A stretch of 27,242 nt of DNA from a virus (taxonomy: Duplodnaviria > Caudoviricetes): positions 1 through 27,242 of the IMG/VR virus record IMGVR_UViG_3300020137_000034. One strand, 5' to 3'. Position numbers and translations under genes: made by a program. How positions within the stretch are numbered: the stretch's first letter is position 1; each line of letters begins with the position of its first letter. Shown here piece after piece: positions 1 through 8,683 of this stretch. The notes under the pieces are model-generated. The model searched no databases. It was not told the DNA's origin and was given only the letters and a program-made list of their open reading frames with translations.

Positions 1-1605
1 GCCCAGGGCACCACCACCACCGAGCGCCGCAAACCCGGTGCCAAGAGCGCCAGCTGCCCCGACGACTCGCCCCGCCACGCGACGCCCGAGACTGGCCGTA
101 CCGGCGCCTGCGGCGGCGGCTTCCGCCCGTGTCGCCGTAGCCACGCCAGCTCCCGCTCCGCCAATGCCGCCCGGAAAGTTGGTGACGAACACCGGCACTA
201 CACCCGTGGCGGCTTCGAGAGCCTTGCCTTCGGCGACGCCCGCAGCCACGCTGGCACCACGGCCGAGCAAATTCTTGAGCAGGCGTCCGCCTGGTCCGGC
301 GGCCCGCGCCAGGCGGTAGAGACCATACGCACCGGCTGCACCGACAGCCGCGACGCCGCCATAGGACACCGTGCCGGCAAAGCCGCGATGCTTGGTGGCC
401 AGATTGCCGATCGCGCCGCTCAGCTCATCCGTTTTCTTGATCGCACTGGTGATATCCGACAGCAGCGGATCGAATAGCGAGGCCAGCGTGCTGTCGTTCG
501 TCGAGGAGAGCTTCTGCAGCTGGGCGTTGAGACCCTTCGCCCAGGTGTCGTTCTGCTGCTCCAGCCCAGCCTGCTGGCTGTAGGAGTCCTTGATCTCCCA
601 GTAGCTCTTGACGCCCGGCATGCTGGGTGCAATCAGCTGCGTCACCGCCTTGCCACCGGTCTGGCCAAACAGCAGGCCCAGCATCTTGTTGCGCTGTTCC
701 TGCGTCATCTTTTCGGTGCGCTTCTGTATCAGCGCGATCGACTCGTCCAGGCCAATGAAGTTGCCCTCCTTGTCATAGAAGTCGAAGCCGGACTTCTGCA
801 TCCACTTGCGACCGCGATAGCTGCCGCCTGTGACGCGCGAGAGGAACTCGCCTAGGTCCGAGCCCGCCTCTTCACCCAATGGCGCCAGTGCTTTCAGCGC
901 GATCGCCGTCGACTTGAGGTCCATGTTGCCGAACATGTGCGCGCGGCTGCCCACCTGGTCCAGGTTGTGGAACAGCTGCGTCAGGCTGCCCGAGCTGGTC
1001 ACGCTGGCGCGGGCGATGATGTCCGCCGCTTCGCCGTACTGGTCCGGGCGCAGCTGGAAGCTGTGGCCGAGGTTGGCGATGTCCATCGCCACCGTGGCCG
1101 GATCCACGTGTTTGGTCTCGGCCAGGACTTCCGTCATGTACGCCGCCCCGTGGCGCACCAGCTTGCCCTTGCTGTCGTACTTCTCCAGGATGGCTTCGAG
1201 CGGCACGCCACCCTGGTACAGCTCGCGTGTCACGTCGGTGACTGCGGTGGCGCTGTACTTCAGGTGGCTGGCGACCTCGATCGAGTTGTCGCGCACCCGC
1301 TTCATCTGATCGGCCAGCAGCTTGGCATTGGGATGGGCGCCCTGAAGGATGCCCTCCACGCTCAGCAGCGATTCCTGCAGCTCGGCAGCCTTCTCCACCG
1401 CCGGCTTGAGCTTGTTGTACCCGTAGTCGGCCACCGCCAACGATTTGAGACCGGCCGACGTGTGCCGAATCATCGCGTCGTAATCGCGCTGCATGGCCTT
1501 GGCCTGCGCGCCCGCGCCGCCGATCTCATTGCGAAAGCGCCGTAGCACTCCGCTGAAGAGATCGACGGCGCTGATGCGCATGGCCAGTTTCAGGGTGTCG
1601 CTCAT
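1..1605 (-). CDS. Tail tape measure protein (3' part runs off the window)
   Basis: ATG at 1605 (MSDTLKLAMRISAVDLFSGVLRRF...), frame open to position 1, Ala/Gly-rich and helical, directly after the tail chaperone; not in the ORF track because no stop is in the window. Confidence 0.9.
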   Translation of the reverse strand, partial: MSDTLKLAMRISAVDLFSGVLRRFRNEIGGAGAQAKAMQRDYDAMIRHTSAGLKSLAVADYGYNKLKPAVEKAAELQESLLSVEGILQGAHPNAKLLADQMKRVRDNSIEVASHLKYSATAVTDVTRELYQGGVPLEAILEKYDSKGKLVRHGAAYMTEVLAETKHVDPATVAMDIANLGHSFQLRPDQYGEAADIIARASVTSSGSLTQLFHNLDQVGSRAHMFGNMDLKSTAIALKALAPLGEEAGSDLGEFLSRVTGGSYRGRKWMQKSGFDFYDKEGNFIGLDESIALIQKRTEKMTQEQRNKMLGLLFGQTGGKAVTQLIAPSMPGVKSYWEIKDSYSQQAGLEQQNDTWAKGLNAQLQKLSSTNDSTLASLFDPLLSDITSAIKKTDELSGAIGNLATKHRGFAGTVSYGGVAAVGAAGAYGLYRLARAAGPGGRLLKNLLGRGASVAAGVAEGKALEAATGVVPVFVTNFPGGIGGAGAGVATATRAEAAAAGAGTASLGRRVAGRVVGAAGALGTGFAALGGGGALG

Positions 1606-1609
1606 GGTG

Positions 1610-2037
1610 TCAGTCGTCGGTTTCCGTGTTCGTCAGGGTGCGCACGAAGAGGTCGAACACGCTGCGCGGCAGGTCGGTGATCTCCCGGTAACTCCAACCC
1701 GTCCTGGTGCCAAGCATCAGCACCTGGAGGTGCTGACCCTTCAGCTGCCGGGTTGCGCGTTTCCCTCTTCGTCGACCTTGTCCATGTCCGCGCAGAGCTG
1801 GTCGAAGTCGGCGGGGTGCAGCTTGCGGATCAGTGCCAAGTCGATCGGGCCGGACAGCTCACCCAGGCGCACCAGCTGGCGGCCGAGCAGCGCACCCTTG
1901 AACGCCAGGCGCTTGGTGACCGGCGCCTGGTCTTCTGCATCGAACAGGTCGGCCGTAGTGGCCTCGCGGATCTCGTAGTCCTTGTGGACCGCGTCGCCCA
2001 CTTTCAGGCCATGCTTGAGCGTGTTCTTGATCGTCAT
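1610..2037 (-). CDS. Tail assembly chaperone, -1 frameshift-extended form (lambda gpGT-like)
   Basis: G GGA AAC slippery heptamer at 1765-1759; the -1 frame reads KRATRQLKGQHLQVLMLGTRTGWSYREITDLPRSVFDLFVRTLTNTETDD* and stops at 1610, just before the TMP ATG. Confidence 0.75.
1741..2037 (-). CDS. Tail assembly chaperone (Mu gp41-like)
   Basis: MTIKNTLKHGLKVG...IREATTADLFDAE...LHPADFDQL; lies between tube and TMP; ATG overlaps the tube stop. Confidence 0.85.
   Translation of the reverse strand: MTIKNTLKHGLKVGDAVHKDYEIREATTADLFDAEDQAPVTKRLAFKGALLGRQLVRLGELSGPIDLALIRKLHPADFDQLCADMDKVDEEGNAQPGS
1759..1765 (-). other. Programmed -1 ribosomal frameshift site GGGAAAC
   Basis: X XXY YYZ heptamer in the correct phase (GAG GGA AAC) near the end of the chaperone ORF. 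Confidence 0.75.
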
Positions 2038-2396
2038 GCCACGCGCTCCGCCTTGGGCGCCACGAACTTCAGCGACGTCTTGCCGCCGTTGGTCGCCGCA
2101 GCGGCTTCTACAGGCGATTCCAGCCACGCATGCGCGAGCACATAGCACTGACCGCTGTCCGCCTTGAAGGTGATCGTGGCGTCGCTGGTGTTGTTGAGCG
2201 CGCCCAGGTCGACCGTACCGTCGACATAGATGCTGACCTCGACGGAAGCTTCGGCCGTCTCCTCGGCGTAGCCGTACACCTCAGTGCCTTTGACCGCATT
2301 GCGTTTGACGCCGCCGAGGTTGAGCTTGCTGGAGTCGTCGACCAGCAGACGCCGCCCGTCGACCGATACCTCCGCTTTTCCGAACATCTTTGCCAT
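2034..2396 (-). CDS. Tail tube protein (Mu gpM-like)
   Basis: 120 aa directly after the sheath; LNLGGVKRNAVKG..VYGYAE, TITFKADSGQCYVLAHAW. Confidence 0.88.
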   Translation of the reverse strand: MAKMFGKAEVSVDGRRLLVDDSSKLNLGGVKRNAVKGTEVYGYAEETAEASVEVSIYVDGTVDLGALNNTSDATITFKADSGQCYVLAHAWLESPVEAAAATNGGKTSLKFVAPKAERVA

Positions 2397-2411
2397 TGGT
2401 TGCTACCTCTC

Positions 2412-3884
2412 TCAGACGATGAACTGGATCTGCTCGGCGAAGATCCGCAACTGGTTGACCAGGTTCGGGCTCGACAGCACGTTGGCGCGGTTCGGATCGT
2501 TCGGATCGATCTCCACCACCAGGTCGCGCTTGAACTGCTCCAGGTCCTCGATCAGCCCCGCATCGAGCAGGTCGCTGGCCAGCGCGATCAACTCGGCGCG
2601 CAGAATGGTGGGCGTGACGATCGCCTGGCCCGGCGCCGGCTTGACCGTGTCGCCGGCGAGCTTGTGCCGCGGGAACTTGCTGGTGATGCGCGCGCGGGTG
2701 GCGTAGCGGATGTAGCTGAGCGTGGCGATCGTCTCGACGTCCAGATAGCTGGTGTCGGGCAAGTCGAACGCGTTCTGCTGGAACATCGTCACCTGGCGCT
2801 CGATCAGCACGTTGCCACCCGCGTCCACTTTGTGGGTGGCGATGCCGCTGTGCAGCTGCAGGTTGCGCTCCTCGAACGTGAATCGGTCGGCCGGCGCCGG
2901 TGGCAGCAGGCCGGTAAGCGCCAGCGTCTGCAGGGGCCGCGCCGGATCGATCGCCAGCGAGGCCGCTGCCACCGCCGCGTTCACCGCCGCCCACACGTAG
3001 GGTGGCTGCGGTGCCTTGGAGGCGCCGATACAAGTGACCAGGTGCGAGTTGCGCCCGAGGCCGAAGGTATCGGTCTCCGCCGCCGTGCCGCGGAACGCGG
3101 TATAGGCCACGCCGTCGATCTGGCGCATGCCGCCGAAGCGGCTGACCAGTTCGGTCTCCAGCGCGGTCAGGTTCGCCGCGTCGGTGTACGGCATGGCGAT
3201 CGCCTGGTACCAGTCGTCGCCCATCGCAGCGATCGCATCGGCCACGTCAGGGTTGGTGGTGCCGCCACTCATGGCCGTGATGGTCAGCTGCAATCCTGCC
3301 GGGGTCAGCTCGCCGGTGTAGTAGTTGATGCGCAGGTCCAGATCGTTGCCGGTCAGGCCCTTGTGACGCGCGGTGAGATCGACCTGACTGGACGTCTCGC
3401 CATTGACGGCAGCCGTCAGCGGCAGCGCGGTATTCGCCTGGATGGCCGCGGCGGTGGCGGTGGCCACCGCATCGGCATCATCGCCAGCGGCGACGCCCAC
3501 GGCGACCTTGGTGCCGGCCACGTAGAGGTTGAGCGTGCCGTTCTGCGTTGCCGCACCGGCGAAGGCCAGCTTGCCGGTCGCCGCCGCACCGGCCCCGGCA
3601 TCATCCAGCGCAATCGCCACCACGCGGGTATAGCTGTTGGCTTTCTTCAGCGCCTTCAGCATCGAGGCGAGCATCGAGCCGCGGCCGAAGGCCTGCTCGG
3701 CCTGGTCCGCGCCCAGGATCTCGGTCGGCACGCCGGCCGCCACGGTGCCAGCCGCCAGGCGCTGGCCCAGCACCAGGATGGTGTAGCTGTCGCTGGCAAG
3801 GCCGGACTGCGCACGCGTGTTGTTGAACTCGACGTAGGCAAGCGGGACACGGACGTCGCTGGGGATGGTGTCGAAGCTGATCAT
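2412..3884 (-). CDS. Tail sheath protein (Mu gpL-like)
   Basis: MISFDTIPSDVRVPLAYVEFNN, FGRGSMLASM, DPARPLQTL, FPRHKLA, DPNRANV motifs; 490 aa. Confidence 0.95.
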   Translation of the reverse strand: MISFDTIPSDVRVPLAYVEFNNTRAQSGLASDSYTILVLGQRLAAGTVAAGVPTEILGADQAEQAFGRGSMLASMLKALKKANSYTRVVAIALDDAGAGAAATGKLAFAGAATQNGTLNLYVAGTKVAVGVAAGDDADAVATATAAAIQANTALPLTAAVNGETSSQVDLTARHKGLTGNDLDLRINYYTGELTPAGLQLTITAMSGGTTNPDVADAIAAMGDDWYQAIAMPYTDAANLTALETELVSRFGGMRQIDGVAYTAFRGTAAETDTFGLGRNSHLVTCIGASKAPQPPYVWAAVNAAVAAASLAIDPARPLQTLALTGLLPPAPADRFTFEERNLQLHSGIATHKVDAGGNVLIERQVTMFQQNAFDLPDTSYLDVETIATLSYIRYATRARITSKFPRHKLAGDTVKPAPGQAIVTPTILRAELIALASDLLDAGLIEDLEQFKRDLVVEIDPNDPNRANVLSSPNLVNQLRIFAEQIQFIV

Positions 3885-4081
3885 TTATCCGCACCTTTGT
3901 TGGTCGCCGCCTTCACGGCCTGGGGAGCCTTGCCCTCGCGCACGTCGCCGTCGCGCAGCCGGCGCAGCCAGTACGGCGAGCGCGGCTTGTTGGCGCCGGC
4001 CTCCGGCAGTGGTTTGCCGCTGACAGGATCGCGCACGGTCACGCCGGCCTTGGGAATCAGGTAGAACTCGGTAAGGGACAT
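3881..4081 (-). CDS. DUF2635 / Mu gp38-like small tail protein
   Basis: VRDPVSGKPLPEAG...YWLRRLRDGDV; ATG at 4081 with GGAG RBS; directly before the sheath. Confidence 0.85.
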   Translation of the reverse strand: MSLTEFYLIPKAGVTVRDPVSGKPLPEAGANKPRSPYWLRRLRDGDVREGKAPQAVKAATNKGADK

Positions 4082-4091
4082 CGGCTCGCTC

Positions 4092-4631
4092 CTACTGCGG
4101 CAGGGTGTCGGTTTCGGTGATCTCGATCTGGCCGTCGGCTGGCGCCACATCGATGTCTTGATGGAACGTGGCGAACACGCCCAGCGTGGCCTCGTCCGTC
4201 GCGGGGCTGGAGTCCACCTGGTCAAACGTGACGGCCCACAGCGCCACGCCGAGCTTGTCGATCTGTCCCGCATACAGGTTGCGGGCGTCGATGTCCGTGG
4301 GTGCCGAGAGGCTGTCCTGGCCCCAGGTGTTGTCCTCGATGCGCCGCTCAATCGCTTCGGCAAGAGCCAGGGCGCCGGCATCGCGCTCGAGCTGGGGCGC
4401 GTCCTTGGTAATCACGAACACCAGCCACCGACCGCGCAGCTGCACCATGCCGCCGCCCGGGCTCACCGGCTTGAAGCCCACGCACGCCACCAGCACCTGC
4501 GGCGCCTTTACGGCAAAGCGCTGGATCTCGGCGGCGCTGTCGAAGCGGCCGCGATGGGCGACGACGGTCACGCCCGGCAGCGCCGCCTTCAGGTCGTCAA
4601 CGATCGCCTGGCGCTGGGCAAGCAGGCTCAT
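4092..4631 (-). CDS. Mu gp37-like (DUF1834) tail terminator/completion protein
   Basis: ATG at 4631 overlaps the upstream stop; HRGRFD, ARNLYAGQIDKLGVALWAVTF; synteny. Confidence 0.75.
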   Translation of the reverse strand: MSLLAQRQAIVDDLKAALPGVTVVAHRGRFDSAAEIQRFAVKAPQVLVACVGFKPVSPGGGMVQLRGRWLVFVITKDAPQLERDAGALALAEAIERRIEDNTWGQDSLSAPTDIDARNLYAGQIDKLGVALWAVTFDQVDSSPATDEATLGVFATFHQDIDVAPADGQIEITETDTLPQ

Positions 4632-5095
4632 GCCGCGCGTCCCTGCAGGTGCTGGTCGAGCCAATCGCTGGCCACCGCCGCGAGATCCATGCGGTTCTCC
4701 TGCGACAAGCCGAGGTATTCGCGCGCCGGCAGCCCTGGCTTGCCAACCCCGGCGCCGCCGAAGTTCTGGATGGCGGCATAGATCAGGTTGGTGCCCACGT
4801 CCACATCCTTGCCCGTCATCTCGACCACGTGCGTCATGCTCTGCAGCAGATGGTTCTCCGACTGCAGCAGGCTGTGCCCGGCGTGGCGGGTGGCGGCGTA
4901 GCTCTCCGACCAGGCTGGCCAGGCGACGCCCTGCGGCGTGGTCTTCTCGTCCTGGATACGCCGCTGGATCTGCGTCACCGCCTCAGCACCCAGGCTGTCC
5001 ATCAGCTCGCGCTTGTCCATGTCGATCACCGCGCTGACGTGGCGCTGCACGTCAGCGAGGTGATCCAGCGAGAACTGGAGCCCGACGCCGCTCAC
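4628..5095 (-). CDS. Phage virion morphogenesis protein (Mu gpG-like)
   Basis: PQGVAWPAWS, VGTNLIYAAIQNFGG, LPAREYLGLS motifs. Confidence 0.9.
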   Translation of the reverse strand: MSGVGLQFSLDHLADVQRHVSAVIDMDKRELMDSLGAEAVTQIQRRIQDEKTTPQGVAWPAWSESYAATRHAGHSLLQSENHLLQSMTHVVEMTGKDVDVGTNLIYAAIQNFGGAGVGKPGLPAREYLGLSQENRMDLAAVASDWLDQHLQGRAA

Positions 5096-5502
5096 CAGGT
5101 GCGCACCTTGTTGCGGCCGAACTTGCGGTCCGGGCCGACGAACGTCGCCGACTGGCCAGTGCTGCTCGGCGGCGGCGCCAGGCCCAGCTGCTGCACGCCC
5201 GTGGCGATATTCTTCAGCGCCTTCAGCGCGTCGGTGTAACGGTTGCGCTGCTCGTCGGTGGGCAGCGACGCCAGGTTGTAGACGGCGATGTCAACCGCCG
5301 CCTTCACGAGCAGCGGTGGCACCGTGGCCAGCGGCAGTTGGTAGCGCTCGGCCAGGTGCGAGTCAATGACGTCGTCGGCGTCGGCCAGCGCGAGCAACAC
5401 GGCGTCGGTGTCGACCTCGCCGTCACCGTCACGGTCGGCGATGGTGAGCAGCAGGTCGCTGCCGTAGCGGCTGTCGATGTCGACCTGGGTGGCGTAGCTC
5501 AT
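5092..5502 (-). CDS. Mu gp36-like (DUF1320) head-tail connector
   Basis: MSYATQVDIDSRYG, IDSHLAERYQLPL, DIAVYNL, RYTDALKALKNIATG. Confidence 0.9.
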   Translation of the reverse strand: MSYATQVDIDSRYGSDLLLTIADRDGDGEVDTDAVLLALADADDVIDSHLAERYQLPLATVPPLLVKAAVDIAVYNLASLPTDEQRNRYTDALKALKNIATGVQQLGLAPPPSSTGQSATFVGPDRKFGRNKVRTW

Positions 5503-5511
5503 GGTCGCGAC

Positions 5512-5838
5512 TTACTCGTCAGCCTCGGCCGGCTCGGCCGCGTCGGCCACCGGTACCAGCACCAGCGACTCCGGCGCGCCCTCAGTCACGGCCACGTTGA
5601 TCCGCGCGCCGATGATGCGCAGCGAGGATTCATTCTTCAGCGTCTCCAACTGCTCCTGGTTGAGCGCAGCCGGGTTGAGGTACGTTGGCTGGTCCTGCGT
5701 GAAACCCAAACCCAGGCGGCGGAAACCCTTGCCCACCGAGCGCACGTCCAGGACGTTCACCTCGCGCATCTCCACCTTGGGCGTCGGCGGGGTCTGGTCG
5801 CCGTCCTTGGGCGGGTTATTGTTCTGGTTCTTGGCCAT
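5512..5838 (-). CDS. Mu gp35-like / HI1506-like protein
   Basis: GFRRLGLGF...LNQEQLETLKNESSLRI motif; lies between capsid and gp36. Confidence 0.65.
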   Translation of the reverse strand: MAKNQNNNPPKDGDQTPPTPKVEMREVNVLDVRSVGKGFRRLGLGFTQDQPTYLNPAALNQEQLETLKNESSLRIIGARINVAVTEGAPESLVLVPVADAAEPAEADE

Positions 5839-5861
5839 GTTCTGTGCCTCATGATTGAGTG

Positions 5862-6060
5862 GCGCTCGTCTCTCCGAGCTGTCACGCCTGGGTTTGTGGC
5901 CTGCTTACTGGACCGGCGTTCCGCAGCACTCTCCCCGTGACCTTTGGGGCCGATCCCTTCCCGCATCGGGATTCGGTGAAAACGCAGGCCGAAGCCTGGG
6001 CGGGTTTTCAGCTCGTCGTGTGTTCCCGGCGACGGCGCCCGAACTCATCGGGCGCCGTCT
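5862..6060 (-). ncRNA. Candidate structured RNA downstream of the capsid gene
   Basis: Non-coding gap with a 12-bp perfect stem (6031-6059), a cUUCGg-capped stem (5977-6010), further stems and a GCTCG-GAGAGA-CGAGC hairpin. Confidence 0.5.
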
Positions 6061-6077
6061 AAATCAAGCCGTCCGTA

Positions 6078-6998
6078 TCAGCCGGCGCCGGTCGAGCCGT
6101 AGCTCATCTGCCAGAAGCTGTAGCCGCCGGCCGCGCGGGCTTCGGCGCCGTACTTGTATTCGCCCAGGTTGAACACGCCCTCGGACTCGGGATTGATCTG
6201 CTGCACGAAGACCGGCTTCTTGCGTTCCTGGTAGATGAACGGCTTGACAGGGCGGCTGGTCACATGGACGAACCAGGCGGTATCGCTCGACAGGCGCGGA
6301 TTCACCAGCAGCTTCAGCGTGCCCTTGTACGGGTTGGGCGAGTTGTCATCGAGCTTGTCGGCGTTGCAGAGCGTGTGCCCGACTTCCTGTAGCGCCACCG
6401 GCACCTCCAACGTGTCAGCCACCAAGCCGAGCTTCCGGCCTTCGTTGTCGGTCATGTTGCCGATCGCCTTGCGCGCCGCGCCCAGGCTGGCCTTGGCCGC
6501 CGTTTGGGTGGCACACGACAGCGCCGCCGTGCCCTTGTTGCTCACGCTCACCGTGCCGCCAGCGCCGTTACCCACCGGGTGGTCGGTGTCGTAGAAGTAC
6601 TGGCCGTCGTAGCACGTGCTGGCGAAGGCGTTGTTCTTGAGGTCCGCGACGATCTCGTCAGCCAGAGTCTTGGCGCTGTAGCCAGCGTCCTGCGCCATCG
6701 GCGCATAGATGCCGAGGTTGTCGTCCTCGATGTCGTTGCGGCGCACTGCGACGGTGGCTTCCCAATCGTCGTTGACGATGGTGTAGCTGTTGGCCTTGAG
6801 GGCCTTCACCACCTTCTCGCCGATCCACTTGCGCATACGCGGGAAGCGGTCGAGCCAGTCGTAGTTGTTCTGGCTGCTGCCCGAGGGCACCAGCATGGCG
6901 GTCTTCTGCCACTGCGACTCCGCCGCGTCGAACGCCTTGTTGAAGGTGGTCTTGAGGTTGATGAAAACCCCGACCAGGTTCTCTTTGTTGATCAGCAT
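6078..6998 (-). CDS. Major capsid protein (Mu gpT-like)
   Basis: ATG at 6998 after AGGAG; YDWLDRFPRMRKWIGE, IEDDNLGIY, CYDGQYFYDTDHPV, KPFIYQER motifs. Confidence 0.95.
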   Translation of the reverse strand: MLINKENLVGVFINLKTTFNKAFDAAESQWQKTAMLVPSGSSQNNYDWLDRFPRMRKWIGEKVVKALKANSYTIVNDDWEATVAVRRNDIEDDNLGIYAPMAQDAGYSAKTLADEIVADLKNNAFASTCYDGQYFYDTDHPVGNGAGGTVSVSNKGTAALSCATQTAAKASLGAARKAIGNMTDNEGRKLGLVADTLEVPVALQEVGHTLCNADKLDDNSPNPYKGTLKLLVNPRLSSDTAWFVHVTSRPVKPFIYQERKKPVFVQQINPESEGVFNLGEYKYGAEARAAGGYSFWQMSYGSTGAG

Positions 6999-7009
6999 CG
7001 CATCGCTCC

Positions 7010-7411
7010 TTAGACGATCCAGACGCCGCTGGCATCGACACCGATGACGATGCCGGCTGCGGATTGGGTGTTGCCGCCGGCGTTCGTCTTGGAGACGGTC
7101 TCGTCGTCGACGATGTAGGCGGTCTTGCCCAGGCTGGCCTGGGTGACGGCGTCGGTGCCGGAGTTTTTCCACAGGAACGCCTGGCCGCGACGCACCATCA
7201 CCTGGACGTCACCGTCGTCGCCGTTGGTGTTGTCGACGTACTCCTCGGCGCGGCCGAGGTAGGTCAGGGTTGTGGCGGTGGAGCCGCGCACGGCGTAGCC
7301 GGTGGCGTTGGCGGCCACCAGGGCACCGGCGTAGATCTTTGCGCCTGCGGCGACCGGCACGGGGATGAGCTTCCCGTCCTTGGTCGGGGTGTTGCGATCG
7401 GCGTTGAGCAT
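7010..7411 (-). CDS. Probable capsid decoration/cement protein
   Basis: Beta-rich 133 aa between protease and capsid; VAAGAKIYAGALV, YIVDDETV, GVWI. Confidence 0.7.
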   Translation of the reverse strand: MLNADRNTPTKDGKLIPVPVAAGAKIYAGALVAANATGYAVRGSTATTLTYLGRAEEYVDNTNGDDGDVQVMVRRGQAFLWKNSGTDAVTQASLGKTAYIVDDETVSKTNAGGNTQSAAGIVIGVDASGVWIV

Positions 7412-7902
7412 CACGCTTTCTCCTGGCCGTACTTCTCGATGTCCTCAGCGCTGTTGCCGAACATCGAGGCGATGCTCTTCGTCGCAGCGTTGAGGGCCTT
7501 GGGGTCGGTGCCTGGCGGGGTCTTGCCGCCCAGGTTCGTGTCGTCACCCACGGTCACCGCGGCTTTCACGAACTCGCGGAAGCGGTCCAGGCCACCCTCG
7601 GTGGCACATTGCGCCTTGTGGTAGTCGACGGTCGCCGGGGTGATCTTTCCGGCTTTGAGGGCCGTGTCGACTTCGGCATCGATCGACGCCTGCAACTGCG
7701 TCTTGGCCTGTTCGGCCAGCTGGGTTTCGGCGGTCGCCGCACGGTTGAGGGCCGTGTCGTAGTCGGCGCGCGGCACGTACTTGTCCAGCGGCGGTGCCTT
7801 GATGTTGCTCACCGAGGTCTGCAGCGCATTGATGGCGGTCACCGCCTCGGCGGCGGTGGCCTGCTCGGGCAAGCCGAGGGCCTTGCGGATGGCTTCATCC
7901 AC
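7411..7902 (-). CDS. Scaffold protein (Mu gpZ-like) from an internal in-frame start
   Basis: AGGAGA RBS at 7916-7911, then in-frame GTG at 7902 (VDEAIRKALGLP...), matching the Mu I/Z arrangement. Confidence 0.7.
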   Translation of the reverse strand: MDEAIRKALGLPEQATAAEAVTAINALQTSVSNIKAPPLDKYVPRADYDTALNRAATAETQLAEQAKTQLQASIDAEVDTALKAGKITPATVDYHKAQCATEGGLDRFREFVKAAVTVGDDTNLGGKTPPGTDPKALNAATKSIASMFGNSAEDIEKYGQEKA

Positions 7903-8424
7903 TGTGGGTGTCTCCTGGTCGGCGGCGCGGTTGAGCGCCAGGGGGAAGTTCGGTTCGTTGACCAGAGCCACGCTGGTCAAGCGGAGGATCTGCCGCGTGT
8001 TCGGGTCGAACTTGAACACCGGGGACAGAAAGCGGTACTCGCGGTCGGCCACCGCCTGGCGCCCGCGGGGCGTCCAGCTGACCCGGCCCCATACGGCACC
8101 GTCACGCGCCTCCAGGGCCTCCACCCAGCCTTGCGCTGGGGATTCCTTGCCGCCCGGCGCCAGCAGCTCACCGGCGTGGTTCACGTCCACGGCCAACGGC
8201 AACGTGAACTGGTCGACCACCTTCTGCGCATCGGACATGCGCCACCAGCGGCCATCCTGGCCGACCATGCGGCCATCGGCACCAGGAGCGGGAAGCAGCT
8301 CGCGCCATTGCGGCGCGTTGTCGGCGGCGGCCTCGGTCGGAGCCAGCGCAAAGCACAACGCTGCACGTTCGGCCGAAATTTCGGCCGCACAAAGGGCGGT
8401 ATGGAGATCGGATGCGGCGAACAT
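7411..8424 (-). CDS. Prohead protease (Mu gpI-like) with C-terminal scaffold
   Basis: DGRWW, VDVNH, PAQGWV, WTPRG, EYRFLSPVF, VALVNEPN motifs; start is ATG 8424 or 8433. Confidence 0.92.
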   Translation of the reverse strand: MFAASDLHTALCAAEISAERAALCFALAPTEAAADNAPQWRELLPAPGADGRMVGQDGRWWRMSDAQKVVDQFTLPLAVDVNHAGELLAPGGKESPAQGWVEALEARDGAVWGRVSWTPRGRQAVADREYRFLSPVFKFDPNTRQILRLTSVALVNEPNFPLALNRAADQETPTVDEAIRKALGLPEQATAAEAVTAINALQTSVSNIKAPPLDKYVPRADYDTALNRAATAETQLAEQAKTQLQASIDAEVDTALKAGKITPATVDYHKAQCATEGGLDRFREFVKAAVTVGDDTNLGGKTPPGTDPKALNAATKSIASMFGNSAEDIEKYGQEKA

Positions 8425-8457
8425 GGGAAGCATGTTGCCGATGGCCCGCGGTGCCGG

Positions 8458-8479
8458 TCAGGCTGAAGCGCTTCAGCGG
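8458..8479 (-). promoter_or_regulatory. Late-promoter activator site upstream of the head operon
   Basis: TCAGGCTGAAGCGCTTCAGCGG, identical to 17336-17357; contains the 16-bp palindrome GCTGAAGCGCTTCAGC. Confidence 0.75.
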
Positions 8480-8683
8480 TACGTCGTATCCGCCGGGACG
8501 TCGTCAGCATGCCGCCCAACGCGGCCACTGACAAGCCGTGGACGCCCCACAGCGGCGGCGAATGCCCTTTGAGGCCATTTAAAACCCGTTTAAAAACGCC
8601 GCGCCCCCTCCGGGGCATACCCTTGCCGTCCCTCGGGTGCTGCGAGGCGCTCACGGGCTCGCAGCGGCGCACTGGCGAAACCG

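Noticed and set aside
2130-4064. 644-aa + strand ORF
   Set aside because: Antisense shadow of the sheath/tube genes, expected in high-GC DNA; no recognisable motifs
6031-6059. Rho-independent terminator after the capsid gene
   Set aside because: Strong stem but no U-tract on the coding strand
6000-6060. Hammerhead ribozyme (GATGAG ... GAAA on the minus strand)
   Set aside because: The core reads CCGATGAG rather than CTGATGAG and sits in a hairpin stem/loop, incompatible with the hammerhead junction
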